A stretch of 64,000 nucleotides of DNA from an uncultured virus (IMG/VR IMGVR_UViG_3300025391_000491) (IMGVR_UViG_3300025391_000491); one strand, 5' to 3'. Numbered from the stretch's first letter, positions 20,501 through 29,889 are shown. Numbers and translations are program-made. Notes: generated by a model not told the origin, from the sequence alone.

Positions 20501-21252
20501 GAGCTCAAGGTACTGCCGGAACAAATGGCAGTCAAGGTACAGCTGGAACAAATGGCAGTCAAGGAACAACAGGAAGCCAGGGTACTGCTGGAACAAACGG
20601 AAGCCAAGGTACAGCTGGAACAAATGGTAGTCAAGGAACCACAGGTACCACAGGTAGCCAAGGTACTGCTGGATCAACAGGTAGCCAAGGTGCCACAGGC
20701 CCAAGCACAGCAATCAATGCCACCGCAGTCACAACTGGTACATTTTATCCAGTATTTGTGGCTAGTGCTGGGTCAAATCAAACTCCCAGCGTGCGGACCA
20801 CTGCCACAGCATTCAGCATCAATGCTGCTACCAATGTGCTCACAGTCACAGCAACCACAGCGCAATATGCCGACTTGGCAGAATGCTACGCAGCCGATAC
20901 CGACTACGAACCAGGCACAGTTATGGTATTTGGTGGTGCCAATGAAATCACTATCAGCAATTCTGCTAGCGATCCTGCCATAGCTGGGGTGGTATCTACC
21001 GAACCAGCACACCTCATGAACGGATTCCAGAGCGGAGAAAATGTGTTGCCAATTGCCCTGGTTGGTCGCGTGCCGTGTCGGGTGGTTGGACCCATAGTCA
21101 AAGGTGATCGACTTGTAACTGGAACTGTTCCAGGAACAGCAGTCAAATTGGATCCGGCGCAGTACCAACCCGGTTGTCTAATCGGTAAAGCCCTACAAGA
21201 TTACGACAGTGCCACGCCAGGTGTGATTGAAATATCCGTAGGTCGCGCCTGA
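17587..21252 (+). CDS. Fibre protein with collagen-like segment and C-terminal YADLAE chaperone/autoprocessing-like domain
   Basis: NAQPNITSVGTL x3; Gly-X-Y run; YADLAE.Y...GVVST.PA.LMN...ALVGRVP...KGDRLV. Confidence 0.85.
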   Translation: MANRFPLIANATADQIQELASGDFLDLSQSGIANSGNITVASGSFYFGNGSQLTGVIAADSGFPITAGTSNLNAPSNGNITATIGGTGVVVWATTGEYVTGLISASGNVTASQFNGSGAGLTSIPGANVTGTVANATYATSAGSAVGTAATVTVNAQPNITSVGTLTSVTSSGLVSTTGNIVGSNIITSGSVLPTANATQDLGSPTLQWAHLYVSGNSIYLGGGALTANAGQLSFSGNAVVTANATGVSSTVGNVAISGNVQGGNILTAGLVSAGANITGGNVLTAGSISATGNITGNYIIGNGSQLTGVTASSVNANNLTGNTLASGVINSSLTNFGLVSSISATGTISTGGNVQSGNVLTGGLISSTGNITGGNVGATTITATTVTASGNVYAGNLVNSGSSSITGNITAGNILTAGLISATGTVTASQFNGSGAGLTSIPGANVTGTVANATYATSAGSAVGTAATVTANAQPNITSVGTLTSVTSSGLISTTGNVVGNYILGNGALLTGVITSVANINNGTSNVTVTASGGNITVGVSGVGNVAVFAPTGEYVTGIVSASGNIVGGNILTTGLISSTGNAIHGNILTAGLISSTGNIIGGNIATAGLISSTGTVTASQFNGSGAGLTSIPGANVTGTVANATYAVSAGSAVGTAATVTANAQPNITSVGTLTSVTSSGLISTTGNVVGANINTTGLASVGGNLYVGGSANIIGNLNVQGNVTFINSNVITVNDLYIELANNVTTYANANSAGLAVGPTGSTLFNWQYLNSANAWSTNIGITATGNVTGGNILTTGLISAAGNLAGGNLLLTGTISTSGNSQAASYSASGNITGGNINTGGVVSATGNVYVANLINSGSETVTGNITGGNINTGGRVTAVGNVIAAGFQYANGTPVQGSGAQGTTGTTGSQGTTGSQGTAGTNGSQGTTGTQGTVGTQGTVGAQGTVGAQGTVGAQGATGSAGSQGTVGAQGTAGTNGSQGTAGTNGSQGTTGSQGTAGTNGSQGTAGTNGSQGTTGTTGSQGTAGSTGSQGATGPSTAINATAVTTGTFYPVFVASAGSNQTPSVRTTATAFSINAATNVLTVTATTAQYADLAECYAADTDYEPGTVMVFGGANEITISNSASDPAIAGVVSTEPAHLMNGFQSGENVLPIALVGRVPCRVVGPIVKGDRLVTGTVPGTAVKLDPAQYQPGCLIGKALQDYDSATPGVIEISVGRA
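20287..20703 (+). repeat. Collagen-like Gly-X-Y repeat (GSQ GTA GTN), proline-poor
   Basis: Long Gly-X-Y run; caaggtactgtgggtgct x3 at about 20407-20460. Confidence 0.9.
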
Positions 21253-21262
21253 TCAAAGAATA

Positions 21263-21302
21263 ATGTATACTAGCATTTGTCGTCATAAATGCTAGTATAC
21301 AT
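21263..21302. repeat. Perfect 16-bp inverted repeat overlapping the next start codon
   Basis: atgtatactagcattt-N8-aaatgctagtatacat. Confidence 0.9.
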
Positions 21303-22305
21303 GAACTTATCCCAACAAATTGCCCAGTCGGGTCTGGTAAAATCCAGTCTAGATCGAGGTGGTAGCATACATCCCTTGATCATACCCAGTGAATTGACCA
21401 ATGGAACCGGGCTCATGAATCCCAGTATCTATCTAGACGGAGACCAGTTGTTGGTCAACATACGTCATGTCAACTATACCCTTTACCATTCCGAGCAAAA
21501 ACGATTCCAACACAGATATGGACCTTTGCAATATCTGCATCCTGAAAATGATCGCAAACTACGGACCTGGAACTATTTTGGCGTACTAAATCCAGATCTT
21601 GCTCTCAAACAGATCACGGCCGTGGATACTACCCGTCTGGATGTGGAACCCATATGGGAGTTTGTAGGCCTAGAAGATGCACGCCTGTTTCGTTGGGACA
21701 ACAAGATGTTCCTGAGCGGAGTCAGACGAGACACTACCACAAACGGCCAAGGCAGGATGGAACTGAGCGAGCTATCGGTCAAGACCAATATTGTGCGAGA
21801 AATCAAACGCACTCGTATTCCGGCACCGGGAGCCAACGCCAGCTATTGCGAAAAGAACTGGATGCCGATCTTGGATCAGCCCTATCACTATGTCAAGTGG
21901 TCCAATCCTACCGAAGTAGTTAGGTTTGACCCGGCCACCGGAATCACAGAAACAGTGCATCTGGATGAAACCAAATTTATCAGTGGTCAGCCCGATTTCC
22001 GCGGCAGCAGCCAGGTCATACCCTATGGCGATCTTTATTTGGCACTCATACACGAAGTGGATCTGTTCAAGAGCGAGCATGGTGAAAAAGATGCCAACTA
22101 CAAACACAGATTCTTGGTCTGGGACCGATCGTGGAACATAGTCAAATTCACCGACGCATTTACATTCATGAATGCCGATATCGAGTTTTGTTGCGGTGCT
22201 GCTTTTGTAGGAGACGATCTTTTGTTGAGTTTTGGATTCCAAGACAACGCAGCATTCATCTTGCGTATGCCTAAAACTGTGTTGCGTGAATATCTAGGAG
22301 TGTGA
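21301..22305 (+). CDS. Beta-propeller glycosidase/phosphorylase-like protein (GH130/GH43-like fold)
   Basis: MNPSI, GLEDARLF, EKNWMP, RGSS, IEFCCG, SFG.QD motifs. Confidence 0.6.
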   Translation: MNLSQQIAQSGLVKSSLDRGGSIHPLIIPSELTNGTGLMNPSIYLDGDQLLVNIRHVNYTLYHSEQKRFQHRYGPLQYLHPENDRKLRTWNYFGVLNPDLALKQITAVDTTRLDVEPIWEFVGLEDARLFRWDNKMFLSGVRRDTTTNGQGRMELSELSVKTNIVREIKRTRIPAPGANASYCEKNWMPILDQPYHYVKWSNPTEVVRFDPATGITETVHLDETKFISGQPDFRGSSQVIPYGDLYLALIHEVDLFKSEHGEKDANYKHRFLVWDRSWNIVKFTDAFTFMNADIEFCCGAAFVGDDLLLSFGFQDNAAFILRMPKTVLREYLGV

Positions 22306-22307
22306 TC

Positions 22308-23540
22308 ATGTTTGCACAGCGACTACAACAATATATCAACAACCACAATGACTCAATGGCCAATTTTGCACTGGCACAGGAATACGAACAGATGGGCCAG
22401 ACTGGTGCCGCTATCAGTTTTTATCTGCGTGCAGCCGAACGTAGCACAACTGATCTCGAGCAGTACGAATCCTTGATCAGGATGGCCTTGTGCTTTGAAC
22501 GACAAAAAACTCGTGATGACACCGAGAAAGTGATCTTGCAAAAGGCTATCACGCTCATGATCGATCGTCCTGAAGCCTATTTCCTGCTCAGTCGCCTGCA
22601 TGAATTCAATCGAGAATGGCACGAAAGCTATACCATGGCCTGTGTGGGTCTGCATGCGGCTCGGTTTGATCTTGACCCGTTAAAGACTGACACTCAGTAT
22701 CCAGGACAGTACGGTTTGATTTTTCAAAAGGGTGTGGCCTCATGGTGGGTAGGGCTGTGTGAAGAAAGTCGACAGATCATGCACGATCTCAAGTTTGGAC
22801 ATCGGATGAATGATCTGTTTCGATTGGCTGTGGATAGAAATTTAGGCAACATAGGCTGGCCCAACACACGAACAGATTACAAACCCGAATTGGCATCACG
22901 TGCTCGTGCGCCATTTGCGGGACTGGATCAACTGGAACATAATCATGCACAAAGCTACCAGGATCTATTTGTGTTGTCAGCCACCGGCGGCAAGCGCAAT
23001 GGTCGATATTTGGAGATTGGCTGTGCTGAGCCATTTGACAGCAACAACACAGCCCTGTTAGAAACCAAATTTGGCTGGACCGGGGTCAGCATGGACATCA
23101 ACCAACAAGTGGTCGAACAGTTCATGCGCGAACGTGACAATCTGGTATTTTGCCTGGATGCCATGCGTGTGGACTATGCCAAGTTCTTGCTCACTGTGGG
23201 ATTCAGTGGAGATTTTGATTACCTACAGGTCGACTGTGATCCGCCCAGCCACTCGTTCGCTATTCTACAACGTATTCCGTTTGATACTGTGAGATTTGCC
23301 ACCATAACTTTTGAGCACGATTACTACGTGGACCCCAGCATAAGAGATCTTTCCAGGAAATTTTTACTCGGCAAAGGTTATGTGCTAGCAGCCGGTGATA
23401 TAGCATACAACCACACGCACAGCTACGAGGATTGGTGGATCCATCCAGATTTGGTTGACCCAATCATACAGCAACAGTTGATAGATCGCAGCGATCAAAT
23501 CAAACACGCCAGAGATTACCTGTTCCCCACAGCTAAATAA
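22308..23540 (+). CDS. TPR + FkbM-like SAM methyltransferase
   Basis: N-terminal TPR; QSYQD.FVL, YLEIG, NNTALLE..GW.G, DYLQVD, ITFEHD, EDWW. Confidence 0.75.
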   Translation: MFAQRLQQYINNHNDSMANFALAQEYEQMGQTGAAISFYLRAAERSTTDLEQYESLIRMALCFERQKTRDDTEKVILQKAITLMIDRPEAYFLLSRLHEFNREWHESYTMACVGLHAARFDLDPLKTDTQYPGQYGLIFQKGVASWWVGLCEESRQIMHDLKFGHRMNDLFRLAVDRNLGNIGWPNTRTDYKPELASRARAPFAGLDQLEHNHAQSYQDLFVLSATGGKRNGRYLEIGCAEPFDSNNTALLETKFGWTGVSMDINQQVVEQFMRERDNLVFCLDAMRVDYAKFLLTVGFSGDFDYLQVDCDPPSHSFAILQRIPFDTVRFATITFEHDYYVDPSIRDLSRKFLLGKGYVLAAGDIAYNHTHSYEDWWIHPDLVDPIIQQQLIDRSDQIKHARDYLFPTAK

Positions 23541-23557
23541 TAGCAAAGGGGAATCGC

Positions 23558-24220
23558 ATGGATGCAAAATATCGTACAGATTATGCTGGCGAGTTCGTTA
23601 TCACACATACTCGTTGGGCCGGTCGCAAACGTGAAGAGACCAGAGAATGGATAGCCAATCCAATTGAAAATCATCACATCAGCGGTCGTGCAGTCTGCAT
23701 TGGGCACACTTCAGAGCGTGAATATTTTGATTACACTAGATTACAACGCCATCGCGGCGGACTGCTGGGATCAAAAAAATTACAAACCTACGGAGTTGGT
23801 GCAATAGCTCACGAGATGCCATTGGATTTTGCCGTCGACACCACCACAGACGGACTAGCTAAACTGTTAGAATCCGGCTACGCAGAAAAAAATATTGTGT
23901 ATACCAATGCCAGGAACTGTATACAGCATCCAGAAAAATTTTATCTGATACCGTACAAACCTCAACTGTTGGACATTGCTATCATTATGTATCTGGCAGC
24001 ATTTGATGGACACAGTGAAATATTCATGCTGGGTTATCATAAAGAAACCGACACCGGCTCCAACAGATGGATCGAACAGATTACATCTGTGATACAGGCC
24101 TATTCAGGAACGCAATTCACATTTGCAGGCGAACCCACCAACATGCCCGATGCTTGGCTGGATCAGCCCAACGCACGGGCGTTAAATTATAGAGATTTTA
24201 TAGGCTACTGCGACATTTGA
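23558..24220 (+). CDS. Hypothetical protein, possibly glycosyltransferase-like Rossmann fold
   Basis: TAAATA at 23534; AVCIG, QTYG, A.FDGHSEIFMLG. Confidence 0.5.
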   Translation: MDAKYRTDYAGEFVITHTRWAGRKREETREWIANPIENHHISGRAVCIGHTSEREYFDYTRLQRHRGGLLGSKKLQTYGVGAIAHEMPLDFAVDTTTDGLAKLLESGYAEKNIVYTNARNCIQHPEKFYLIPYKPQLLDIAIIMYLAAFDGHSEIFMLGYHKETDTGSNRWIEQITSVIQAYSGTQFTFAGEPTNMPDAWLDQPNARALNYRDFIGYCDI

Positions 24221-24645
24221 ATCTGTGATTCGATCAGCTGTATTTTGTCTTGCACAGTGTCAAAATTCACAGTGCTCCACAAGCCCGGATGCAACGGTTT
24301 GGGCCAACGCCCGCTGTCGATCCAGGCCCAGCCCACGTGCTCGTCGTTGAGTACAGGTGTAAATTCTTCTGCGACGCTACAAAAAAATGTATGATAAGCA
24401 AACGTCAGATCGGCTGTGGTGAATTTTTCTAACGGGACCAATTTGAGATATTGGGGCATGCAACCTAGTTCTTCGCGGCATTCACGCTCGATAGTTTCAA
24501 TCAAGGTTTCACCAGATTCGCAACGCCCCCCTGGCAGGCCCCAGGTATCCGGATGTTTGGTATCGTTCCTCATCAGATAAAGATAGCGTCTGGTGGCTAT
24601 GCTGTAAAACCATATGCCTACAGCAGTTACAATACCAGAGTCCAT
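24205..24645 (-). CDS. Nudix hydrolase
   Basis: Nudix box GGRCESGETLIETIERECREELG; exact start uncertain. Confidence 0.9.
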   Translation of the reverse strand: MDSGIVTAVGIWFYSIATRRYLYLMRNDTKHPDTWGLPGGRCESGETLIETIERECREELGCMPQYLKLVPLEKFTTADLTFAYHTFFCSVAEEFTPVLNDEHVGWAWIDSGRWPKPLHPGLWSTVNFDTVQDKIQLIESQIQMSQ

Positions 24646-26033
24646 AGGCCTCCCTTGTACAAGCCCTGGTAGCTCTTGACCCAGGCTTGGCCAGTCCATC
24701 TATATTGCAGTTCTGTGGTAATGTTGGTCACATATTGATAGTTTTCGGGACTGCTGGCGCTGTCAAAAGAAATGGTCCACCTGGCTCCGTCCCATTCAAT
24801 AATGTCGTTGGCTTGGGCCACCATGGGTGCCCCTGAGGTACCGGACCATGCGGCGGCATGTTGATTGTATGGATCATCCCAGTCACCACTGCTCTCGGTC
24901 AGTAGATAGCGAGTTCCTATCGCAGGTTCGGGCAATCCAGTTCCGGGCCCGCTCAACAGCGGATTGATCACAGCATCGATCGCAGTCAGGGTATCAGCTG
25001 GTACAGTATCGATATTGGTACTGTACAGCAGATATCGATCATCGGTTGGGTCGTAGGTCACAGTACCAATCACTTCGGTTCCGTCGGGCTGTTCTAGACT
25101 GATGTAGCTGATTCCGGGCCGCAGAGTACCGTATAGTCCAATCACGGCCGACCAAGTCAGATTGGTATCAGGATTATCGGGCGCTGTCAGGCTGGCATTG
25201 CTCTGATCAACCACAACAGGTTCGGGCAATACCTGTAACTGATTGTTGATCAGTACCACTTGATAGTTGTAAGGTGTTATGGCCATTCTGGTACCCAGCA
25301 ATAGGTCATTGTCGGTCACTGCCAGACTGGCATCGCCGTTGGCATCATAGATACTGGCTATTATTCTTTCAACCACACCCAGTTTCTTGACCTTGGCTGG
25401 ACTGGAGATCCACATGGGTAGTTTGAAAGTCAGAGTAGCTATGTCTATGGGGTTGTCGGTACCAACTGGTATCACACGACTACTCCAGTTCACATCATCT
25501 AGATAAACTGTGGTAAGACTGGTCCAATCTATATAGTTGTCGGTGCTTTGTATTTCCAGACTGGGATTAAACAATACCAAGATCTGTTCCAGCAGTTGCA
25601 TTTTTTGATTGGTGTTTGACGTCCACATGTCCAATTTCAATGTCAGTTCAAACGGAACTGGCATGAGTCTGTCTATAGTAAACGCATTACCTTGTGTGGT
25701 ATCATAGGTGTTGGTCACACTATCATAGGTGCGTTGTCGTACATTGATGGTGCCAACAAAATTGGGTTCTTGTATCATGGCCCTGTTGTATTTGAGATCG
25801 GTTATGTAAAACGTCATCAACGGCGTGCTGGGCAGTTCACTGGCTGAATTTTGCTGTATGATGGTTTGTGCCTGGCGGCTGCTGTCACCATAGCGTACTG
25901 GCACACGCACTAGAGTATCATTTTTTCCGTCCTCGTTGCGTCCGTATTCAACCTGGAAATTGCTAAAGATCCTGGCGAACTGCAACATGAATCGTCTGAT
26001 CTGCGCATCATAAAAAAACTGTGTTACGGCCAT
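24627..26033 (-). CDS. Tail terminator/sheath stabiliser (T4 gp15-like) with C-terminal extension
   Basis: FFYD.QIRR...F..IFS; RVPVRYG; MPVPF.L; QLLEQIL..FNP. Confidence 0.75.
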   Translation of the reverse strand: MAVTQFFYDAQIRRFMLQFARIFSNFQVEYGRNEDGKNDTLVRVPVRYGDSSRQAQTIIQQNSASELPSTPLMTFYITDLKYNRAMIQEPNFVGTINVRQRTYDSVTNTYDTTQGNAFTIDRLMPVPFELTLKLDMWTSNTNQKMQLLEQILVLFNPSLEIQSTDNYIDWTSLTTVYLDDVNWSSRVIPVGTDNPIDIATLTFKLPMWISSPAKVKKLGVVERIIASIYDANGDASLAVTDNDLLLGTRMAITPYNYQVVLINNQLQVLPEPVVVDQSNASLTAPDNPDTNLTWSAVIGLYGTLRPGISYISLEQPDGTEVIGTVTYDPTDDRYLLYSTNIDTVPADTLTAIDAVINPLLSGPGTGLPEPAIGTRYLLTESSGDWDDPYNQHAAAWSGTSGAPMVAQANDIIEWDGARWTISFDSASSPENYQYVTNITTELQYRWTGQAWVKSYQGLYKGGLWTLVL

Positions 26034-26040
26034 GATATTC

Positions 26041-27429
26041 CTAGTATGAAGGTGGTGGGTTGGGCGGCAAATTACCTCCCTGATCACCATTGTCGGCCAA
26101 GGGCCGCAAGATCTGGCTGAGACTTTGACGACTTGGTATATTGCCCAGATCTGTGGTTGGTACAGTGTATGTATTGTTCACAAAGCTGTTGCGTTGAGTT
26201 TGTGCAGCCGGAGCCAGGTCAAGATCGGTCCTGACAGCACTTTCTATGGCAACCCATCGGGCACCATCATAGCGGAACAGTCGATTGGGAAAATAGTCCA
26301 GTCTGAGCGCATAGGCACCAATCACTGGGTCGGGCGGAAAACTCACACCCGGGGTCACCGGAAGACCGTTGGGTGGCAACAGATAACCGGTATCAGGATC
26401 GTATCCGCCGGTCAAATAGCCCATGGTATAACCAAAACTGCCAGGAGTTTCGCCTATGCCGGTCTGTGTGGTACCAGCACCAGTGTTGTCATCGGATGCC
26501 AGCAAGCTGTCTCCGCCGGGCTGGCCATGCATTGTGGTTGGCAGTATATAAAATTTGGTGTTGTCGTATCCGCTGAATGGCACATCTGCTTGTGCCTGTG
26601 CCAACAATGCATCATTGATTGAAAGATCTTTGGGACGGGTACTCATCTGATCAGCCACTGTGGTGGGGTTGGTGATGGGTGTCCAGTACGGTTGTCTAGT
26701 ACCGGGATTTACAGCATCGATCGCTGTGCCGGGCGGTACATTGCCCGCAGCTCGATAGTAACTGTCACCATCATTCACGATATCGCCTCCGGGATAAAAG
26801 TTTCCAGGATCCCAGATATTATCGGGCATAAATGGCTTGTTGGTGATCTGATTAAATTCCTGTGCATTGACCATGGGGGTGGCCTTGACTCGCCACAGAT
26901 GTGGTAACCAGGTCTGGCTGAATCCTTCGCTGGCATAGGCCGCGTCTTGTATCACATAATATCTGGGTAACGGAAGCGGTATGGTAGGATCCAACGGATA
27001 GTAATCTTTGAGATTGGGCAGTTCTAACACATCGCCCGACATCAGTTTACGACCAAAAGCATCCAGCATGTAGTTGTAATGAAACGTGATAAACAAAGTA
27101 TCATTGTTCATGAACAGGCCAAATTGCGTGAGATCAAAATCAATATCCTGTTGTCGGTACACACCGCGCATGACATAAACATCGGGCTCATAGGCTCGAT
27201 CTCGGTTTTCCAACAACAGTAGATCTTCTATGAACAAGGGATTGGTAGTATCGTAGACCGGTAAAGTGGCATCGTTGTTGCCAGGATTTGGGCTGTTGTC
27301 CACGATGGGACCGGCATATTTGTGTATATAAATGTCCAGACCACCCACTGTGAACTGTTCCTTGATTGTGCGATCAAAGAACTGATAATCGGCCGTCCGG
27401 TTCGGCCTGTACATGGATAATCTTGGCAT
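26041..27429 (-). CDS. Neck protein (T4 gp14-like)
   Basis: DLLLLENRDR.Y; LTQFGL...D.LFITFH; GDVLELP; adjacent to the gp15-like gene. Confidence 0.65.
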   Translation of the reverse strand: MPRLSMYRPNRTADYQFFDRTIKEQFTVGGLDIYIHKYAGPIVDNSPNPGNNDATLPVYDTTNPLFIEDLLLLENRDRAYEPDVYVMRGVYRQQDIDFDLTQFGLFMNNDTLFITFHYNYMLDAFGRKLMSGDVLELPNLKDYYPLDPTIPLPLPRYYVIQDAAYASEGFSQTWLPHLWRVKATPMVNAQEFNQITNKPFMPDNIWDPGNFYPGGDIVNDGDSYYRAAGNVPPGTAIDAVNPGTRQPYWTPITNPTTVADQMSTRPKDLSINDALLAQAQADVPFSGYDNTKFYILPTTMHGQPGGDSLLASDDNTGAGTTQTGIGETPGSFGYTMGYLTGGYDPDTGYLLPPNGLPVTPGVSFPPDPVIGAYALRLDYFPNRLFRYDGARWVAIESAVRTDLDLAPAAQTQRNSFVNNTYTVPTTDLGNIPSRQSLSQILRPLADNGDQGGNLPPNPPPSY

Positions 27430-27451
27430 AGTAGTGTATTTACCGCGTTGT

Positions 27452-27481
27452 TTGACCAAAAACACCGATCAGTCATAAAAT
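27452..27481 (+). promoter_or_regulatory. Sigma70-like promoter
   Basis: TTGACC-N18-TAAAAT. Confidence 0.55.
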
Positions 27482-27486
27482 AATGT

Positions 27487-27744
27487 ATGGACAATCAATT
27501 GACACAACGCAAAGAACAACTCACACAGCAGATTCTGCGTGTGTCCAATCGCCGCGCTCGTAACGATCTGCTCAAAATGATGAAACCGGTTGAATCAGCT
27601 CTTTCAAATCTAGATCGCGAAAGTGTGGAATGCCGTCGCCTAAATCGTACCACTTCCCGATACCAAGACCTGGACCTGGCAGCCAAACACATGATCAACA
27701 CACTCGAACAGTACCTGACTTTTGCGTGCCTGATAGGTGATTGA
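27487..27744 (+). CDS. Hypothetical helical protein
   Basis: ORF lying between two promoters. Confidence 0.65.
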   Translation: MDNQLTQRKEQLTQQILRVSNRRARNDLLKMMKPVESALSNLDRESVECRRLNRTTSRYQDLDLAAKHMINTLEQYLTFACLIGD

Positions 27745-27769
27745 CTATAAATCACAATCCAGGTATAAT
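27741..27769 (+). promoter_or_regulatory. Sigma70-like early promoter
   Basis: TTGACT-N17-TATAAT. Confidence 0.8.
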
Positions 27770-27798
27770 AACAACTGCTCTCTATAAAAAAATACATT

Positions 27799-28956
27799 AT
27801 GGTCAAAATTCAAAAATCTCATGACACGCAGACAATCAAGCCGTTGAATCCCAAAAGTGCCGACGTCAAATATACCGGTGGCGAGCCCACCTGGACGCAA
27901 ACTCGGACCGATGGCGACCGAATCAGTGCTATGCTGAAAGCATTTGCCTGGTACAACTACCACTACGACAAAAAAGATGCCAAAGGCATGATAGTGTCTT
28001 GGCTGGAACGTAGAGACCGATCTGTCGAAGCCAAGACACTGTCGGGTATTCCAGACAGTCGCATACGATCAACCACGGCCTGGGTATGCAGGATGAACGT
28101 GGCCGGACTGGAATTGACCAAACCCGAACTGGCCGTGATAGAATCCGAAATAGCCGGCATGTTGCGGGTCAAACAGGAAGTGATACGCACCGTGACCGAA
28201 GCTGAAACAGCTCAGGCACGTCTGACCATACAGGATCACTTGCGTGAACGAGCCAGTGAATGTGCCGGTGAACTGGAGGGCATGTTTGATGAATTTGTCA
28301 CGCAGGGGGCAAAAATGAGTGCTGACTTCAAACCCATGGCACAGATACGTGGCATGAATATAGCACCGCAAATGACCGGTGCCATAGCCAATCGCTGGCG
28401 AGATCGCCTGAGTGAATTCCAATCAGTGCTGGAAGGTCGAGATGGTGACCTGGTAGAAGGTTATAGCCATCTGACCAAACTACAACTCAAAAACTGTGTG
28501 AAATTTTGCGAAACTGTGATCAACGACTGCGCCAGCTATGTACAAATCAAGAAAGTTGAACGCAAACCCAGAGCCAAACGAGCTGTCAGTGCAGAAAAAC
28601 TCAGTTCAAAGTTTAAATATCTCAAAGAGTTTGCCGAACTCAATTTGACATCGGCCGCACCATCTTGTTTGGTCAACGCCACTGAAGCTTGGTTGTACGA
28701 TACCAAGAAACGCAAACTGATACATGTGGTGGCTGACAGCCATGTGGGCAACTTCACAGTCAAAGGCAACAGTTTGGTGGCATTTGATTCGGCCAACAGT
28801 TCTCAAAAAACCCTAAGACGCCCGGCCGAGCAAATCAAAAGCATCGTGAGTGTGGGCAAACCGGCTGCTCGCAAAGCCTATAACGAGATCAAGAGTACCG
28901 AGATACAGTTTAATGGACGTGGCAACGAGAATCTGATCATACTCAAAGCCTGGTAG
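27799..28956 (+). CDS. Hypothetical protein, 385 aa, basic C-terminus
   Basis: Long ORF after a consensus promoter. Confidence 0.75.
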   Translation: MVKIQKSHDTQTIKPLNPKSADVKYTGGEPTWTQTRTDGDRISAMLKAFAWYNYHYDKKDAKGMIVSWLERRDRSVEAKTLSGIPDSRIRSTTAWVCRMNVAGLELTKPELAVIESEIAGMLRVKQEVIRTVTEAETAQARLTIQDHLRERASECAGELEGMFDEFVTQGAKMSADFKPMAQIRGMNIAPQMTGAIANRWRDRLSEFQSVLEGRDGDLVEGYSHLTKLQLKNCVKFCETVINDCASYVQIKKVERKPRAKRAVSAEKLSSKFKYLKEFAELNLTSAAPSCLVNATEAWLYDTKKRKLIHVVADSHVGNFTVKGNSLVAFDSANSSQKTLRRPAEQIKSIVSVGKPAARKAYNEIKSTEIQFNGRGNENLIILKAW

Positions 28957-28997
28957 CAGGCCATTGGCTGTATAAATATACTCATAGGAGCATGATC

Positions 28998-29771
28998 ATG
29001 GGCATACAGTCACAAAGCACACTAGAAACACAAAAACAAGACTTATTCAAATATGTGCAGTACCAGCTGGGTGGACAGATCATAGACCTCGAGCTGGATG
29101 CCGAACACTTTGAAGCAGCCTATCAGAACACAGTGGGAACCTATCGCCAGAGATCGCAAGGCGCCTACGAGGAAAGTTACAGTTTCATGGAACTGGTGGC
29201 CAACGTCAACATCTACGAACTGCCACAAGAAGTATACAGCGTGCGACAGATCTTCCGACGCACATTTGGTGACAGTACTGGACCATTTGCCAGCAATTTT
29301 GATCCGTTCAGTCAGGCCAGTCTCAATGTGTACCTTATGAATTTCAACGTGGCTGGCGGACTGGCCACATACGATTTTTACAGCCAGTATGTGAGCTTGG
29401 CCGGGCGCATGTTTGGTGCCTACATGAACTACACGTTCAACCCAGTTACCAAAAAATTACAGCTGATACGTGATCCCAAAGCCACTGGCGAATCGGTGCT
29501 GTTATGGTGCTACAACTACAAGCCTGAATTCAACATGATGAGTGATCCGCTCATACTACAGTGGATGAGGAACTACATGGTGGGCAACTGCAAGAAAATA
29601 ATCGGTGAAGCCAGAGAAAAGTTTGGTACCATAGCAGGTCCACAAGGTGGTGGTACCCTCAACGGTACTGCCATGAAAACCGAAGGACAGGCTGCCATGG
29701 ACCAATGTGTTGAAGATCTTAAAAATTACGTGGATGGAGCCCAGCCAATCACCTGGGTGGTACACGGCTAG
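28998..29771 (+). CDS. Neck/head-tail adaptor (T4 gp13-like)
   Basis: TATAAATA at 28971; QLG..IIDLELD; GEAREKF..I.GP.GG.TLNG. Confidence 0.75.
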   Translation: MGIQSQSTLETQKQDLFKYVQYQLGGQIIDLELDAEHFEAAYQNTVGTYRQRSQGAYEESYSFMELVANVNIYELPQEVYSVRQIFRRTFGDSTGPFASNFDPFSQASLNVYLMNFNVAGGLATYDFYSQYVSLAGRMFGAYMNYTFNPVTKKLQLIRDPKATGESVLLWCYNYKPEFNMMSDPLILQWMRNYMVGNCKKIIGEAREKFGTIAGPQGGGTLNGTAMKTEGQAAMDQCVEDLKNYVDGAQPITWVVHG

Positions 29772-29854
29772 CAATCTTTGTGCCATCGTATAAAGTTTGT
29801 TAGAGTCGGTGGATATTCCCGTATCGCAATCGACACTCTTGTTTACCATAACGG

Positions 29855-29883
29855 TTGATATTTTTTAAATGTTAGCATATAAT
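29855..29883 (+). promoter_or_regulatory. Sigma70-like promoter
   Basis: TTGATA-N17-TATAAT; ATG 6 nt downstream. Confidence 0.75.
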
Positions 29884-29889
29884 GTCAAT

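Noticed and set aside
5354..20713. Many minus-strand ORFs rich in LPP/VTLP repeats
   Set aside because: They are antisense shadows of the GGN/GNV-repeat fibre genes, with no independent promoter or RBS evidence.
14170..21252. Diversity-generating retroelement template/variable repeats
   Set aside because: No reverse transcriptase in the window, and differences between copies look mostly synonymous rather than adenine-specific.
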